Shown piece by piece: positions 47,584-58,879 of a stretch of 64,000 nucleotides of DNA (position 1 is the first letter of the stretch; each line of letters begins with the position of its first letter). This DNA is from Candidatus Hodarchaeota archaeon (lineage in GTDB: Archaea > Asgardarchaeota > Heimdallarchaeia > Hodarchaeales > Hodarchaeaceae), in assembly GCA_016839815.1 (NCBI GenBank), contig JAEOTM010000187.1, positions 37,214-101,213 of the forward strand. The letters are read 5' to 3'. The notes under the pieces are model-generated. The model ran no database searches. It was not told where the DNA came from and saw only the letters and a program-made list of their open reading frames with translations. The position numbers and the translations under genes were made by a program.

Positions 47584-49017
47584 ATGGAAGATGTCCTAGA
47601 ATTTGCAGTGAATGAGGGGGAAAAGGCAGGGGCGGATTTTGTTGAAGCCCGGTTTGAGGATTTAAAACTTCAGACACTAATTCGCGAAAAAGATACAATG
47701 AAAGATGTACTGAGTTCACGTCGTCGTGGTATCGGTATCACAACCTACTATAAAGGAGTTCAAGGTTTTAGCTATACAGCTGCTCTCTCACAACCTGATG
47801 TGAAAGAAACAGTCCTCAGAGCTGTAAAAATTGCTAAGGCTTCTGAACCCACGGCAAGATTGAGATTACCTTTTGAAAAAGATGGAAATTTACCAGATTT
47901 ACGATCTCCTTTGGAATTTAAAGTAAATAAACATCCCAAAAAGTTTGATTTGGCTTATAAGAAAGAATTAGTTGATAGAGCTTCAAGTACCGCATTATCA
48001 TTTGATTCTCCAAAAGCAAATTCCATTATTGGCCGATATGGGGAGTTGAGTGGGATTAAGATGATCTATACATCTGAAAATCGGTTAATTAGTTATAAAC
48101 CACTCATTACTGATCTACGAATGACTGTGATTGTAAAGGATCCCAAAACTGGAGAACTGCTCAGAGCTGGAGATGGGCATGGTGGCGCTTTTGGCCTTGA
48201 TCGTTGGGAACACAAAGGCAGAACACCTGAAGAACTAGGGACTAATGCGTATAATTGGGCCGTTGAAAAGTGTGATGCCAAAAAACCACCCGCAGGAAAG
48301 CATCGCGTGCTAACTGACCCTGAACTAACTGCAGTATTGGCTCACGAATCCTTTGGACATTTAACAGAAGCTGATGGTGTTGTAGAGAAATCTAGTCCAC
48401 TTACAGGAAAAATTGGCCAACAGATTGCCACTGATATTATTAATGTCATTGATAGAGGTGTTAATCCTGGTGAAGGAGGATTATGGCTACCTTTCGATGA
48501 CCAAGGTGTTCCAACTGCTGAAACAAATCTCGTTGAAGCAGGTGTGCTCAAATCATACCTACATAATAGAGGGACAGAACATGCCGTACCTGATTCAGGT
48601 GGATTGAGTGGTAATGCAAGAGCTTTAACATATAGACATTCTCCCATTCCACGAATGAAAAATACTATCTTCTTACCTGGAGATGTGAAGACTGAAGAAG
48701 AAATGCTTGAGTTATTAGGAACAGGTATCTATTCCATTGATACCTCAGGTGGTTCTGTATCAATGTCTAATTTCCAATTCTTTGCTCTACGCGGATATTG
48801 GGTAGAGAATGGAGAGAAGAAATACCCTCTTCGTGATCATCTTTTAACTGGAAATATTCTTCAATGCCTTTTACAAGTTGAAGCCTTAAGTCAAGAAACT
48901 GTTCTTTTATCTGGTTACTTTGGAGGTTGTGGAAAAGGTGGTCAAAATGGCTTATCTGTTGGTATGGGTGCTCCTCACATGCTTTTCTCGGAAATTCAGG
49001 TTGGAGGAGAAAACTAA
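47584..49017 (+). CDS. tldD: TldD family metalloprotease
   Basis: AHESFGH zinc motif, FDDQG, GCGKGGQ; start set at the ATG at 47584. Confidence 0.88.
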   Translation: MEDVLEFAVNEGEKAGADFVEARFEDLKLQTLIREKDTMKDVLSSRRRGIGITTYYKGVQGFSYTAALSQPDVKETVLRAVKIAKASEPTARLRLPFEKDGNLPDLRSPLEFKVNKHPKKFDLAYKKELVDRASSTALSFDSPKANSIIGRYGELSGIKMIYTSENRLISYKPLITDLRMTVIVKDPKTGELLRAGDGHGGAFGLDRWEHKGRTPEELGTNAYNWAVEKCDAKKPPAGKHRVLTDPELTAVLAHESFGHLTEADGVVEKSSPLTGKIGQQIATDIINVIDRGVNPGEGGLWLPFDDQGVPTAETNLVEAGVLKSYLHNRGTEHAVPDSGGLSGNARALTYRHSPIPRMKNTIFLPGDVKTEEEMLELLGTGIYSIDTSGGSVSMSNFQFFALRGYWVENGEKKYPLRDHLLTGNILQCLLQVEALSQETVLLSGYFGGCGKGGQNGLSVGMGAPHMLFSEIQVGGEN

Positions 49018-49034
49018 GTTTAGGATGTGATTCT

Positions 49035-50426
49035 ATGGGTAAAGTTGAATTTGAAGATATAAAGGGATATCTACAGGGACTTGCTGATGATACGATTAAA
49101 TATGGGGCCTCTAAATATCCTAATATGGAAATAGAAGCATATCTACAGTATGGGTATGAAAGCGAGATTAGTATTGAAGGAGGATTACCAAAAGCACTCG
49201 ATGGTTTTGGTGGAGGAATCGGCATTCGGGTAGCGGACAAAAAATGTGTTGGATTTGCATCTGCCTCTGGTCTCGCAGAAGAAGGGCTATTTGCTACAGT
49301 CGATGATGCAGTTGCAACCATGAAAGCAATTAATGCATCGGATGAAAAATTTCAAGGCTTTTCTGATCCTGTTACACGTCATTCTGTTGACGGGGATCTG
49401 TACAAACCCATTCTCGATTTAACCTCGGCTGAATTAATACAAATGGTGAATCAAATTACTTCAGAAGCTCGTGAAGTCGATAAACGAATTGCTACTATTG
49501 TTGGAAACACTGGACTCGCTTATGGTGGTTTTGCTGTAGCCAACAATCGGGGTATTAACAATGCAAGTACCGCAGTTGCATCATTTATTGTGATTCAATG
49601 TATTGCGCAAGAACCTGGTTCTGACAAACGGAAAATTGGTTTCGAATTTGATGTGAGTCGATCTCGTGAATTGAAATGGGATGGATTAGCTGAAAAAGCA
49701 GCTACTCATGCAGTAAAGCTCTTAGAAACAAAGAAGCTCAATAAATCTGAACCAATGCCAACCGTTTGGGAACCCCGAATAAGTTCCACCTATGTTATGA
49801 GTAGTCTTTCACCGGCTTTAAATGGACGTATGGTTGTCGAAGGACGATCGCGTTTTGCTGACAGAATTGGTGAGGAAATCACACTCAAAGAATTTTCACT
49901 ATTTGATGATGGACAGTTACCAGAAGGTTTGAGTACTTCTGCTTTTGATGCAGAAGGAATTCCTACACAGAAGACTTCTCTTGTTGAAAATGGCGTTTTG
50001 AAGAATTTCCTGTTTGATACTTACTATTCCCGTGTTTTCGGAACAGAAAGTACCGCAAATGCCTCCCGTAGTGGCCAGGGATTCACTTCCACCCCACAGA
50101 TTGGAGTAACAACACTTATTGTATCAGAAGGGTCTACAGACGTTGATACTACGATAAGCGAAATTTCAGAAGGAATTTTTATTCAAGATTACGTCATGGG
50201 TTTAGGCCATTCAGATCCAATCAGTGGTGATTTTTCTGCAGTAGCCCCACAATCATTGTACATAAAGGATGGAGAAATTGCTGGATCTCTTGATCCAGTT
50301 ACAATCGCGGGAAATTTCTATAAAGGATTTAACGAAATTCGACAGTTGTGTAATGATGCTATCTTAACACCTTGGAATATTAAAATCCCAACAATGGTTA
50401 TTGATGGATTTACAGTTTCAGGGTAA
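49035..50426 (+). CDS. pmbA: PmbA/TldE family protein
   Basis: FDAEG, STANA, SGDFS; lacks HExxH; follows tldD; start set at the ATG at 49035. Confidence 0.85.
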   Translation: MGKVEFEDIKGYLQGLADDTIKYGASKYPNMEIEAYLQYGYESEISIEGGLPKALDGFGGGIGIRVADKKCVGFASASGLAEEGLFATVDDAVATMKAINASDEKFQGFSDPVTRHSVDGDLYKPILDLTSAELIQMVNQITSEAREVDKRIATIVGNTGLAYGGFAVANNRGINNASTAVASFIVIQCIAQEPGSDKRKIGFEFDVSRSRELKWDGLAEKAATHAVKLLETKKLNKSEPMPTVWEPRISSTYVMSSLSPALNGRMVVEGRSRFADRIGEEITLKEFSLFDDGQLPEGLSTSAFDAEGIPTQKTSLVENGVLKNFLFDTYYSRVFGTESTANASRSGQGFTSTPQIGVTTLIVSEGSTDVDTTISEISEGIFIQDYVMGLGHSDPISGDFSAVAPQSLYIKDGEIAGSLDPVTIAGNFYKGFNEIRQLCNDAILTPWNIKIPTMVIDGFTVSG

Positions 50427-50450
50427 ATCCTCCCCTTTTTTATTCTCAGG

Positions 50451-51026
50451 TTAATCTTTGTTAAAATCCTCAACGATAGTAGTACCATTCTCATATGTGG
50501 TTAGTTTTCGTTTTGGTTCTACTACTCCTGCTGAAGTTAGAAGATCTATTTCACCTGCAAGGCCCTCCTGATACTCAACGGCTGTTGAGTAGGATTCAGA
50601 TCGTTTAACTGCTCCTTGTGAGGATTGTATTCCATAACCGATAATTGCTAATATTATACTCGTTAATATTCCAAGCAATATATCTGGAAGTGCAAAATTC
50701 TCGCTTACATATAGAAACTCGATCATTGAAATTGGTACAATAGCGAATGTCAGAAAGATCAGCGTTACCATTCCAATACCCATGAAAGCAGCCCCAATTT
50801 CGGTAATTATTTCTTTTCTTGTTGAATTCAGACCAAATTTGTAATAAAATCCAATTGATAGCATCATAATTCCGAAAATGATTATTATACCAGAAATAGT
50901 TATTTCTATATCCTTAGGTGTAAATATGGTAAATTTAAAAATTGTCATAAGTCCATAGATAGCGACTAATCCCCCTACAATATAACAAAGGTATGCAATT
51001 CGTAAATTCATTGGAGTTCCTTCCAT
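50451..51026 (-). CDS. Hypothetical 4-TM membrane protein
   Basis: Four hydrophobic helices plus a soluble tail. Confidence 0.6.
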   Translation of the reverse strand: MEGTPMNLRIAYLCYIVGGLVAIYGLMTIFKFTIFTPKDIEITISGIIIIFGIMMLSIGFYYKFGLNSTRKEIITEIGAAFMGIGMVTLIFLTFAIVPISMIEFLYVSENFALPDILLGILTSIILAIIGYGIQSSQGAVKRSESYSTAVEYQEGLAGEIDLLTSAGVVEPKRKLTTYENGTTIVEDFNKD

Positions 51027-51180
51027 TTTTATGAGCTATTGAATTCTAAAAGTTACAAATTCTATACATTAATAGTAATTATGAAGAAATATTTTGGTTT
51101 TCTGTCTCGGAATAAACCCCTCACATTCATTTTTCAAGAAATTCTCCTCCCCTAATCAGGGAAAAGGAAAAAGAAAGAGG

Positions 51181-53025
51181 TTAATGTATTACGGAAATAA
51201 CAGATTTATTTCTGAGTTTAATCTCTTGGAGTGAGCCTTGATGGGCATAATACGTGTAATATAATTTTCGATATGGCCCTTCTCTATTTATGAGATCTGC
51301 GTGAGTTCCCTGATCGACAATTTTCCCCTCTTCAAGTACTAGAATTCTATCTGCATTTAAAATTGTACTCAATCGGTGAGCGATCACAATCGTGGTTCGA
51401 TTTGAGAACACTGTCTGAAGAGCTTTTTGAATCATATACTCTGTATAGGCATCCACTGAAGCGGTCGCTTCATCGAGTAAAAGGATTCGTGGATCCTTCA
51501 AGAGAATTCGAGCTAATGAAAGAAGTTGTCTCTGTCCTTGAGATAATCCTCTGCCTCGTTCACGAATAGGGGTATCTAATCCTTTGGGTAGTAATTTTAT
51601 AAAAGAATCGGCGTTTACTGCGTGTAAAGCCCACTGTAACTGATCTTCTGAAGCATTTGGTGACCCTAACATAATATTTTCTCGAATAGTTCCCGTGAAA
51701 AGGAATGGTTCCTGTAATACAAACCCGATTTGATTTCTAAGACTGTCTGCCTCAAGATGTTTTAAACACCATTTTCCATCTAATACGATCTCTCCGTCTG
51801 TATATTCATAAAATCGGGCTAAAAGCGAAGCAATAGTGGTTTTACCAGAACCAGTTGGTCCAACAATAGCTAATGTTTGTCCTGCGGGAATATGAAGATT
51901 GAAGCTACTCAAAATGGGCTCATCTTTTTTATACTCGAAATTAACATTTTGAAATTCAATTTCTCCATCTAGAGGAGGTGTAGGTAGTTGATCGCGTGAA
52001 TACATACTGATAGGAACATCCATCAGAGAAAAAATTCTTTCTCCAGCAGCAAATCCCCCTTGTAGGGTGGCATAAAAAGTAGAAAGCGCAATAAGGGGTT
52101 GAAATAGTCTACGTAAATATGTAATAAACAGATAGAGTAAACTAGCAGTTAATGTACCAGAAAGGATTGAATTTCCTCCAATCACAAGAAGAATAAAAAG
52201 GCCAAATGCAGCAATTAAATCGAAGAGGGGGCCAACAACACGAAAGAGAGTTGCCTGACGTATATTCACCCGTACTTTTTCCTTCTGAAGCTCTCCGAAA
52301 TTATCCAAAACAACTTTCTCCTGACCAAAAGATTTAGTAATTTGGATACCAGAAATCTGTTCTTCCACAAACGAGTTTAAAGAAGCTTCAGCACGTCTTT
52401 GAAGTAATGATGCCTTCCGGAAAACAGAACGAAACATATAGACAGTTCCGAATAAAATGGGAAATATTACGAGTGACGCTAAGGTTAATTGCCATTGCAG
52501 TAACAACATCATCCCTAGAATAAGAGAAGCACGTAAAATAACAGAACCAAGATCCATTATGGAGGTCAATACTCCACCAAGCTGGAATGTATCCCCTGAA
52601 ATCCGTGACATTATTTTTCCTGTTTTATTTTGATCAAAAAAGGCGATTTCATGTTTATTGACCCTGGAAAAAATATCCCGTCTTAAATCATATGTAACAT
52701 GCGATTGGAGTTTTTGACTATTAACAGTGGCCACATAGGTCAGTATCCACTCTAATGCTAGAAGAAGCATATATCCTACGGTAGCACCAATAATAATCGT
52801 TAAATTTCTGTCCTCTGGCTGTTTGAAAAGTTGATCCAATCCAATAGCTAACCCTAAGGGTACAATTATAGATACTAATGCGCTTAGAAGAGAAAAAGCA
52901 ATTACTAAGATTAGAAACTTCTTATGATTTCGTAGGTAAGGTAACACACGACGAATGATCTGACGTTCTGTATACTGTTTATCCCACTTTGCAGCATTCA
53001 AAGCGCCCATTAAGTGCCAGGCCAT
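51181..53025 (-). CDS. Heterodimeric ABC exporter subunit (TMD+NBD, canonical Walker B)
   Basis: GPTGSGKT, LSQGQRQ, LLDEATASVD. Confidence 0.92.
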   Translation of the reverse strand: MAWHLMGALNAAKWDKQYTERQIIRRVLPYLRNHKKFLILVIAFSLLSALVSIIVPLGLAIGLDQLFKQPEDRNLTIIIGATVGYMLLLALEWILTYVATVNSQKLQSHVTYDLRRDIFSRVNKHEIAFFDQNKTGKIMSRISGDTFQLGGVLTSIMDLGSVILRASLILGMMLLLQWQLTLASLVIFPILFGTVYMFRSVFRKASLLQRRAEASLNSFVEEQISGIQITKSFGQEKVVLDNFGELQKEKVRVNIRQATLFRVVGPLFDLIAAFGLFILLVIGGNSILSGTLTASLLYLFITYLRRLFQPLIALSTFYATLQGGFAAGERIFSLMDVPISMYSRDQLPTPPLDGEIEFQNVNFEYKKDEPILSSFNLHIPAGQTLAIVGPTGSGKTTIASLLARFYEYTDGEIVLDGKWCLKHLEADSLRNQIGFVLQEPFLFTGTIRENIMLGSPNASEDQLQWALHAVNADSFIKLLPKGLDTPIRERGRGLSQGQRQLLSLARILLKDPRILLLDEATASVDAYTEYMIQKALQTVFSNRTTIVIAHRLSTILNADRILVLEEGKIVDQGTHADLINREGPYRKLYYTYYAHQGSLQEIKLRNKSVISVIH

Positions 53026-54834
53026 TTAGACCGCCTCCTCTGGTATTAAAACATCATCAGGAATGGGAGGTAAATCTTCAAATTGGCGAAACATCTCAGC
53101 ATACTCTGTATTTCGAGCATATAATTTTGTATGAGTTCCAATATCTTGAATTTCTCCGCCATTCATTAATATGACAACATCAGCTTTACGGAGCACTGAT
53201 AAACGATGGGTAACAATAAGAGTTGTTCGGGATTCGAGTAAATTACCGATAGCACTTTGAATTTTTGCTTCAGTATAAGCATCAATGGCGGATGTAGAAT
53301 CATCCATGATGAGGATGGGTGGATTCATAATAAATGCACGAGCAATCGCTAATCGTTGTCTTTGTCCCCCTGATAAAGTAATTCCTCGTTCACCAATGAC
53401 TGTATCATATCCTTTGGGTAATTTAGATACAAAACTGTGGATTTGAGCTGATTTAGCTACCTCAATCATTGACTGAGTCAGATCATCCTCTCCATTCTTA
53501 CTTCCAAAAAGAATATTTTCCTTGATACTTGCAGAGAAGAGAAAGATATCTTGCTCAATTACACCAATCTGTCTTCTTAATTCCTCAATCGGATAGTCCT
53601 TAATATCCACATCATCAATCAAAATCTTACCAGTAGTAGGATCATAAAGTCTATGGATTAATTTCTGAAGAGTAGTTTTCCCGCAACCAGTGTGACCAAT
53701 TATTGCTACTGTTTGACCTGGGGCAATAGTAAGGTTGATATTCTGTAAAACGTCAGGTCCCTCCGAATTATAGCGAAAAGATACATCTTTGAATTGGATT
53801 TTTCCACGTAATTTTCTTACTGGATGATCTCCCTCTTCTAATAGTTGTTGTTCTGCAATCACAGAATATACTCGATTCCCACCAGCGAATCCCATCGATC
53901 CGAGAAAGATTGTAAACCGAATGAACTGATTGGGCGTTTGAAGTAGGAGAACTAAGCTATTAAAGGCAATTACTGTCCCAACAGTCATATCACCAGTATA
54001 AACAAAATAACTTCCCAGGATAAACAATATTCCCATGGCAAAATAAATGATAAGAGTGGAATAGTATCGTGCGGATAGTATCCCACGTTCAATAAGAATT
54101 TCTCTTACTGCCTGAAGGTCAGAATCATATTTATCGAATTCACTCTGACGGTTAGATAAAGTACGAAGGGCCCGAATACCTGCAAGATTTTCTTGAAGGG
54201 TTGCTTGCCATTGAGCAAATAACGCTTGACGTCGAATTGAAACAGGGCCGAGATTTTTGCCATACAATACAATAGCTAAGGCAATAAAAGGAACAAATAA
54301 CAGAAACACGAAGAATAGGGTTGGATCCAATGAGTACATTGCAAGTAGACTACCAATGGTTGTTGCAAATGCAAGTCCAAACATAAGAATGGAAAGTAAC
54401 ATCCATGAAAGTTGACGAGAATCGCTAGTTGCCATAGCTAACAGTTCTCCAGTTCGAGCACTATCATGGAAGGACATTGATTTGGAGTGCATGGATTCGA
54501 AAAATTCATTCTGGACATCTTTGACAACTTCTTCTGAAAACCACGCATTCACCCACGAACCAAGTGCTGAGGCCAGAAAATTAAAAATATAAAGAGAAAT
54601 GAAGAGTAAACTAGTGCTTAGGATTAACTCGAAATCACTCTTGATCGCTTCATCAAAATAGAATTGTAGAATTAAAGGGATGATAATTGAAAGGGCAGTT
54701 CCAAGAAACATTAACAGAAATCCAACAAAGAACAAATATTTGTGTCTTAGAAGATGACCAAAAATCCAGGTTATGAAATTACGATAATACCGAGGGTGAA
54801 GGTAAGTAGTGCTTTTATATGTTGAATGACTCAT
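53026..54834 (-). CDS. Heterodimeric ABC exporter subunit (TMD+NBD, degenerate Walker B)
   Basis: GHTGCGKT, LSGGQRQR, IMDDSTSAID (E to D). Confidence 0.92.
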   Translation of the reverse strand: MSHSTYKSTTYLHPRYYRNFITWIFGHLLRHKYLFFVGFLLMFLGTALSIIIPLILQFYFDEAIKSDFELILSTSLLFISLYIFNFLASALGSWVNAWFSEEVVKDVQNEFFESMHSKSMSFHDSARTGELLAMATSDSRQLSWMLLSILMFGLAFATTIGSLLAMYSLDPTLFFVFLLFVPFIALAIVLYGKNLGPVSIRRQALFAQWQATLQENLAGIRALRTLSNRQSEFDKYDSDLQAVREILIERGILSARYYSTLIIYFAMGILFILGSYFVYTGDMTVGTVIAFNSLVLLLQTPNQFIRFTIFLGSMGFAGGNRVYSVIAEQQLLEEGDHPVRKLRGKIQFKDVSFRYNSEGPDVLQNINLTIAPGQTVAIIGHTGCGKTTLQKLIHRLYDPTTGKILIDDVDIKDYPIEELRRQIGVIEQDIFLFSASIKENILFGSKNGEDDLTQSMIEVAKSAQIHSFVSKLPKGYDTVIGERGITLSGGQRQRLAIARAFIMNPPILIMDDSTSAIDAYTEAKIQSAIGNLLESRTTLIVTHRLSVLRKADVVILMNGGEIQDIGTHTKLYARNTEYAEMFRQFEDLPPIPDDVLIPEEAV

Positions 54835-55045
54835 GATACGACTTCCTAATACTAGAATCAGTGCCTAGAGAATATCAAAGAATTTTTCTTACAAGTGTAC
54901 AGTTTTTACTCCCAAATTAGGCAATGTGAAATAGTAGAATAGGAGTGACTTAACAATTGTTATACGAATGTCATCAGTGAGGTTGCCCCAAACACATTAT
55001 TAAAAAGTCAATCTTGGAATTCAGAGTTAAATTTCTTTTACGAAG

Positions 55046-56005
55046 TTGATATCATTGAAGTCTAGAGCACACATTCTAATTTTACTAGTAATTTTCAGTC
55101 TTTTTTCTCTGATAATACCTTCCATCCAATCGAAAATGTTGGATGAATCCCTAACATCGCATACTATAGATGTAGGAACTGAAAGTCAGTCCTACTACTT
55201 ATATTCACCTTCTACTCCAAAAGGAGCAATACTAGTGCTTCCAAGCTTTTCTGCAGATCATACTGAGGTGCTAGATGGAACAAAATGGGGAGAACCAGAA
55301 CAAAGTATGGAAAACTCCCCTTTTATCCAAGCTGCGCGGGAGTACCAATTTGCAGTTGTTTTTGCCGAAGGAGAAACACATGACTGGTACTCTCCTGACA
55401 ACGGAGAAAAGAAGGTATTAGCATGCTTAAATGATGCTAATATCACGCTGAACATACCAAATGGATCATGGTTCGTATATGGATTTTCTATGGGTGGAAC
55501 TGGAGCATTAACCATGTCAATTCGTTATCCAGAACTATTTAGTGGATTATACATTGGTGATGGAGTGATGAATTATACAGACCCAGGATTCATCGAAGTT
55601 TATATTACTGGATTATCAAACTGGAATACTACTGAATTTCTAAATGATGCAAATCCCTTTCGACAATTAGAATCCTTTCGTAGTAAAGCTATTGCTTTAG
55701 CATCTGGAACTTCTGGAATTAATGTACGTAACTGTGATAATTTCTCTCAAACACTAGATTCGGTGAATATTCAACATTATTATCATCGAGGAGATGGTGG
55801 TCATGATGTCTTCCTTTTATTTAACTCGATAAACCAGACATTCAACTTATTTTCACATCAATTGGCTGGAACTGTTGATCAATTTTATGAGGGATATGTT
55901 TCTCCGTTAAAAACCGCTTCTACATCTTCTTGGGGAGTCGATTTGATAGTTACCGTAGTATTACTCATTTTTATAAGCTCTAAACAAATTAAAAGAAGGA
56001 AATGA
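55046..56005 (+). CDS. Secreted alpha/beta-hydrolase (esterase) with C-terminal anchor
   Basis: GFSMGG nucleophile elbow, GGHD; signal peptide; hydrophobic tail + KRRK. Confidence 0.8.
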   Translation: MISLKSRAHILILLVIFSLFSLIIPSIQSKMLDESLTSHTIDVGTESQSYYLYSPSTPKGAILVLPSFSADHTEVLDGTKWGEPEQSMENSPFIQAAREYQFAVVFAEGETHDWYSPDNGEKKVLACLNDANITLNIPNGSWFVYGFSMGGTGALTMSIRYPELFSGLYIGDGVMNYTDPGFIEVYITGLSNWNTTEFLNDANPFRQLESFRSKAIALASGTSGINVRNCDNFSQTLDSVNIQHYYHRGDGGHDVFLLFNSINQTFNLFSHQLAGTVDQFYEGYVSPLKTASTSSWGVDLIVTVVLLIFISSKQIKRRK

Positions 56006-56097
56006 TATAATAGTTGTTACTCATATGGTAAGAAATAGGCATTAATAACTCTCTTTCTTTGATTTTTGTAGAAGTTTTTTTTTCCGAAGTGGATACT

Positions 56098-58419
56098 ATG
56101 GCTGTAGGTAAACGTTTAAAGCGGAAAGATGCAGATACTAAAGTAACTGGAGAAGCTCCTTATGCATATGATCTTTCATTCGCAGATGAACATTATTTGA
56201 AAGTAATCCGGAGCCCCTATGCCCATGCGCGAATTTTAGAGATAAATATCGATTATAAGAAACTTGAAGCTCTCAATGTTACGTCAGGAACAGTCAAGGA
56301 TATTCCAGAAAAGGGAAAAAATATCTTACATGTGATTCATGATGACTGGCCTTTACTCGCAGAGGAAGTCGTAAGACATGTAGGAGAACCTGTAGTAATA
56401 TTAGTAGGAAAGACATTGAAGTCGGCAGAAGATGCGAGTAAGTATGTATCAATAAAATATGAAGAATTACCAGTAGTATTTGATCCTGTAGAGGCGAAAG
56501 ATCATCCTACCATACACATCTTTGAGGAAAATAACGTTTGTTCCCATTGGCAGCAGAAGAATGGTGATGTCGAAAAGGGATTTGCGGAATCAGATATAAT
56601 AATCGAGAATGAATACCGAACACCAGCGCAGGAACATGCATACATCGAGACTCAAGGGTGTATAGCTGTCCCACAAGGAAATGATTCCATCACTGTATAT
56701 GGAAGTATGCAATGTCCTTTTTATGTCCAGCGGTGTATAGCCGAGGTACTTGGATTAGACTGGAGTAAAGTTAATATTATACAAACAACCACTGGAGGAG
56801 CCTTTGGTGGAAAAGAAGACGTTCCTAATCAAATAGGTAGTCTCGCCGCCCTTGGATCGTGGTTGATTAGAAAGCCAGTGAAATATATTCTGACGAGGGA
56901 AGAAGATATTGAGACAACATCGAAAAGACACCCAGCAGTCATTCGGTACAAAACTGGAATTACAAAAGCAGGTGAACTGAAAGCAATTAAGGTGGAAGTC
57001 TTTCTAAATACAGGAGCTTATGCAACGCTTGCACCCGCTGTTCTTTATCGAGCTGCAATGCATGCAGCTGGGCCATATCGATGTGAAAATGTAGATGTTC
57101 AGGCGTATGCAGTCACAACAAATCTTGTACCTTTTGGAGCGTTTCGGGGCTTCGGTTCTCCCCAAGTTCTATTTCCAGCAGAAGAACAGATGGATCGTGC
57201 CGCTGAAAGCATTAAGATGGATCCAAGCGATTTTCGTGAAATGCATATTCTCAAAGTCGGTGATAAAACTACATTTGGCCAAACATTGCATCAATCTGTG
57301 GGTTTAGAAGAAACTCTAAAGAAAGCACGAGAAGAAAGTGAGTGGTATAAAAAACGAAAACCAACCCCAACTATAAAAGAAGTATTAACTGATCAGAAGA
57401 AAGGAATTTACCGTCGAAGAGGAATTGGGATTGCCACAATATTCTACGGATGCTTCTTAGGAGCAGCAGGGAAGATTATGTCACGATCTGGTGCTTATGT
57501 TCAAGCAGAACCAGATGGAAGTGTTCGATTTGCGGTGGGAACTACAGAAATGGGACAAGGGATGATCACAGTTCTATCCCAGATTGTAGCTGAAGAGCTT
57601 GGAATCGAATATGAAAGAGTTCATATGACCCCTGTAGATACAAGCCGTGTTCCTGATTCAGGCCCGACTGTTGCTAGCCGTGCAACCATTATGTCGGGCC
57701 GTGCACTTCAGAATGCCTGTGAAAAACTTCGTGCCCTCATTTATGAAAAAGTTGCAATGAAATATAATGCAAATACCAGTGATTTACTGATTAAGGATTA
57801 TGAAATTCAAGATCAATCCACACAGAAGGTAATACTCTCAGTTACTGATGCGATAAAGTTAGTTTATCAAGAAAGAGGTCAAGTCGCTGTTGCTGGATGG
57901 GATGTTGCACCATCGACATCTTATGATAACGAAAAGGGGCAAGGAGATGCATATTCAGCCTATGCCTGGTGTACTAATATTGTAGAAGTCGAAGTTGACT
58001 CACAAATAGGAACAGTTGATATTTTAAATATATGGGCTGCTCATGATGTAGGAAAGGCGATAAATCCGCAAACTCTTGAAGGGCAGATAGAAGGAGGAAG
58101 CTTGCAGGGTTTAGGTTACGGACGGTATGAAGAAATTATATTTACACCTAAAGGACGAGTGTTATCCAATAATTTGGGAACATATTTGATCCCCACAACG
58201 AAGGAAACTCCCAAAATTCATTCCATCATTATTGAGGATCCTTGGTCCGAAGGCCCTTATGGAGCGAAAGGAATCGGGGAGCAACCATTAATGGGCATTG
58301 CCCCTGCTCTAACGAATGCTATTACCAATGCTGTGGGTATAAGATTGAATGCAATTCCAGCTACTCCTGAACGAGTGTGGGCGGCTATTCAAGAGAAAAT
58401 TAAGGAGGAAGAAAAATGA
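56098..58419 (+). CDS. Xanthine dehydrogenase family, molybdopterin-binding large subunit
   Basis: GGAFGGK, AFRGFG, EMGQG, GAKGIGE; start set at the ATG at 56098. Confidence 0.92.
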   Translation: MAVGKRLKRKDADTKVTGEAPYAYDLSFADEHYLKVIRSPYAHARILEINIDYKKLEALNVTSGTVKDIPEKGKNILHVIHDDWPLLAEEVVRHVGEPVVILVGKTLKSAEDASKYVSIKYEELPVVFDPVEAKDHPTIHIFEENNVCSHWQQKNGDVEKGFAESDIIIENEYRTPAQEHAYIETQGCIAVPQGNDSITVYGSMQCPFYVQRCIAEVLGLDWSKVNIIQTTTGGAFGGKEDVPNQIGSLAALGSWLIRKPVKYILTREEDIETTSKRHPAVIRYKTGITKAGELKAIKVEVFLNTGAYATLAPAVLYRAAMHAAGPYRCENVDVQAYAVTTNLVPFGAFRGFGSPQVLFPAEEQMDRAAESIKMDPSDFREMHILKVGDKTTFGQTLHQSVGLEETLKKAREESEWYKKRKPTPTIKEVLTDQKKGIYRRRGIGIATIFYGCFLGAAGKIMSRSGAYVQAEPDGSVRFAVGTTEMGQGMITVLSQIVAEELGIEYERVHMTPVDTSRVPDSGPTVASRATIMSGRALQNACEKLRALIYEKVAMKYNANTSDLLIKDYEIQDQSTQKVILSVTDAIKLVYQERGQVAVAGWDVAPSTSYDNEKGQGDAYSAYAWCTNIVEVEVDSQIGTVDILNIWAAHDVGKAINPQTLEGQIEGGSLQGLGYGRYEEIIFTPKGRVLSNNLGTYLIPTTKETPKIHSIIIEDPWSEGPYGAKGIGEQPLMGIAPALTNAITNAVGIRLNAIPATPERVWAAIQEKIKEEEK

Positions 58420-58871
58420 TTATTAGAATTACGATAAACGACAAATTCATTGTAAGAGATGTGTCCCCAAATCGACGATTATTGGATTTCTTAAGGGAAG
58501 ATTTAGGCCTTAAGGGAACGAAATATGGATGTGACCAAGGAGAATGTGGGGCGTGTTCAGTAATTCTAAACGATAAAATTGTTACCTCGTGCATTGTTCT
58601 AATGGCTCAAATACCTCTTAACAGCACTGTACTGACGATAGAAGGAAAAGATCCCACATTGCAGTTACTCCAAGAAAAATTCATGGAATTTGGCGCCGCT
58701 CAATGCGGAGCTTGCACTACAGGCATGTTAATGGCTGCTACGTCCCTTCTTCATCACAATTCTCAAGCTAATCAGGAAGAAATAGAAGAGGGTTTATGTG
58801 GAGTGTTGTGTCGCTGTACAGGCTACACTAAAATATATGATGCCGTTAAGGAGGCCCAAAAACATCTCTAG
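58416..58871 (+). CDS. Xanthine dehydrogenase family (2Fe-2S) small subunit
   Basis: GCDQGECGACSV, QCGAC, LCRCTGY. Confidence 0.92.
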   Translation: MIIRITINDKFIVRDVSPNRRLLDFLREDLGLKGTKYGCDQGECGACSVILNDKIVTSCIVLMAQIPLNSTVLTIEGKDPTLQLLQEKFMEFGAAQCGACTTGMLMAATSLLHHNSQANQEEIEEGLCGVLCRCTGYTKIYDAVKEAQKHL

Positions 58872-58879
58872 GTGGTATT

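Noticed and set aside
47443-49034. Long apparent overlaps at the 5' ends of tldD and pmbA in the ORF track
   Set aside because: These are artefacts of choosing the most upstream start. The ATGs at 47584 and 49035 remove the overlaps.
51181-54834. Degenerate Walker B and signature motifs in the ABC exporter pair as signs of pseudogenisation
   Set aside because: One degenerate ATP site is the normal state of heterodimeric exporters.
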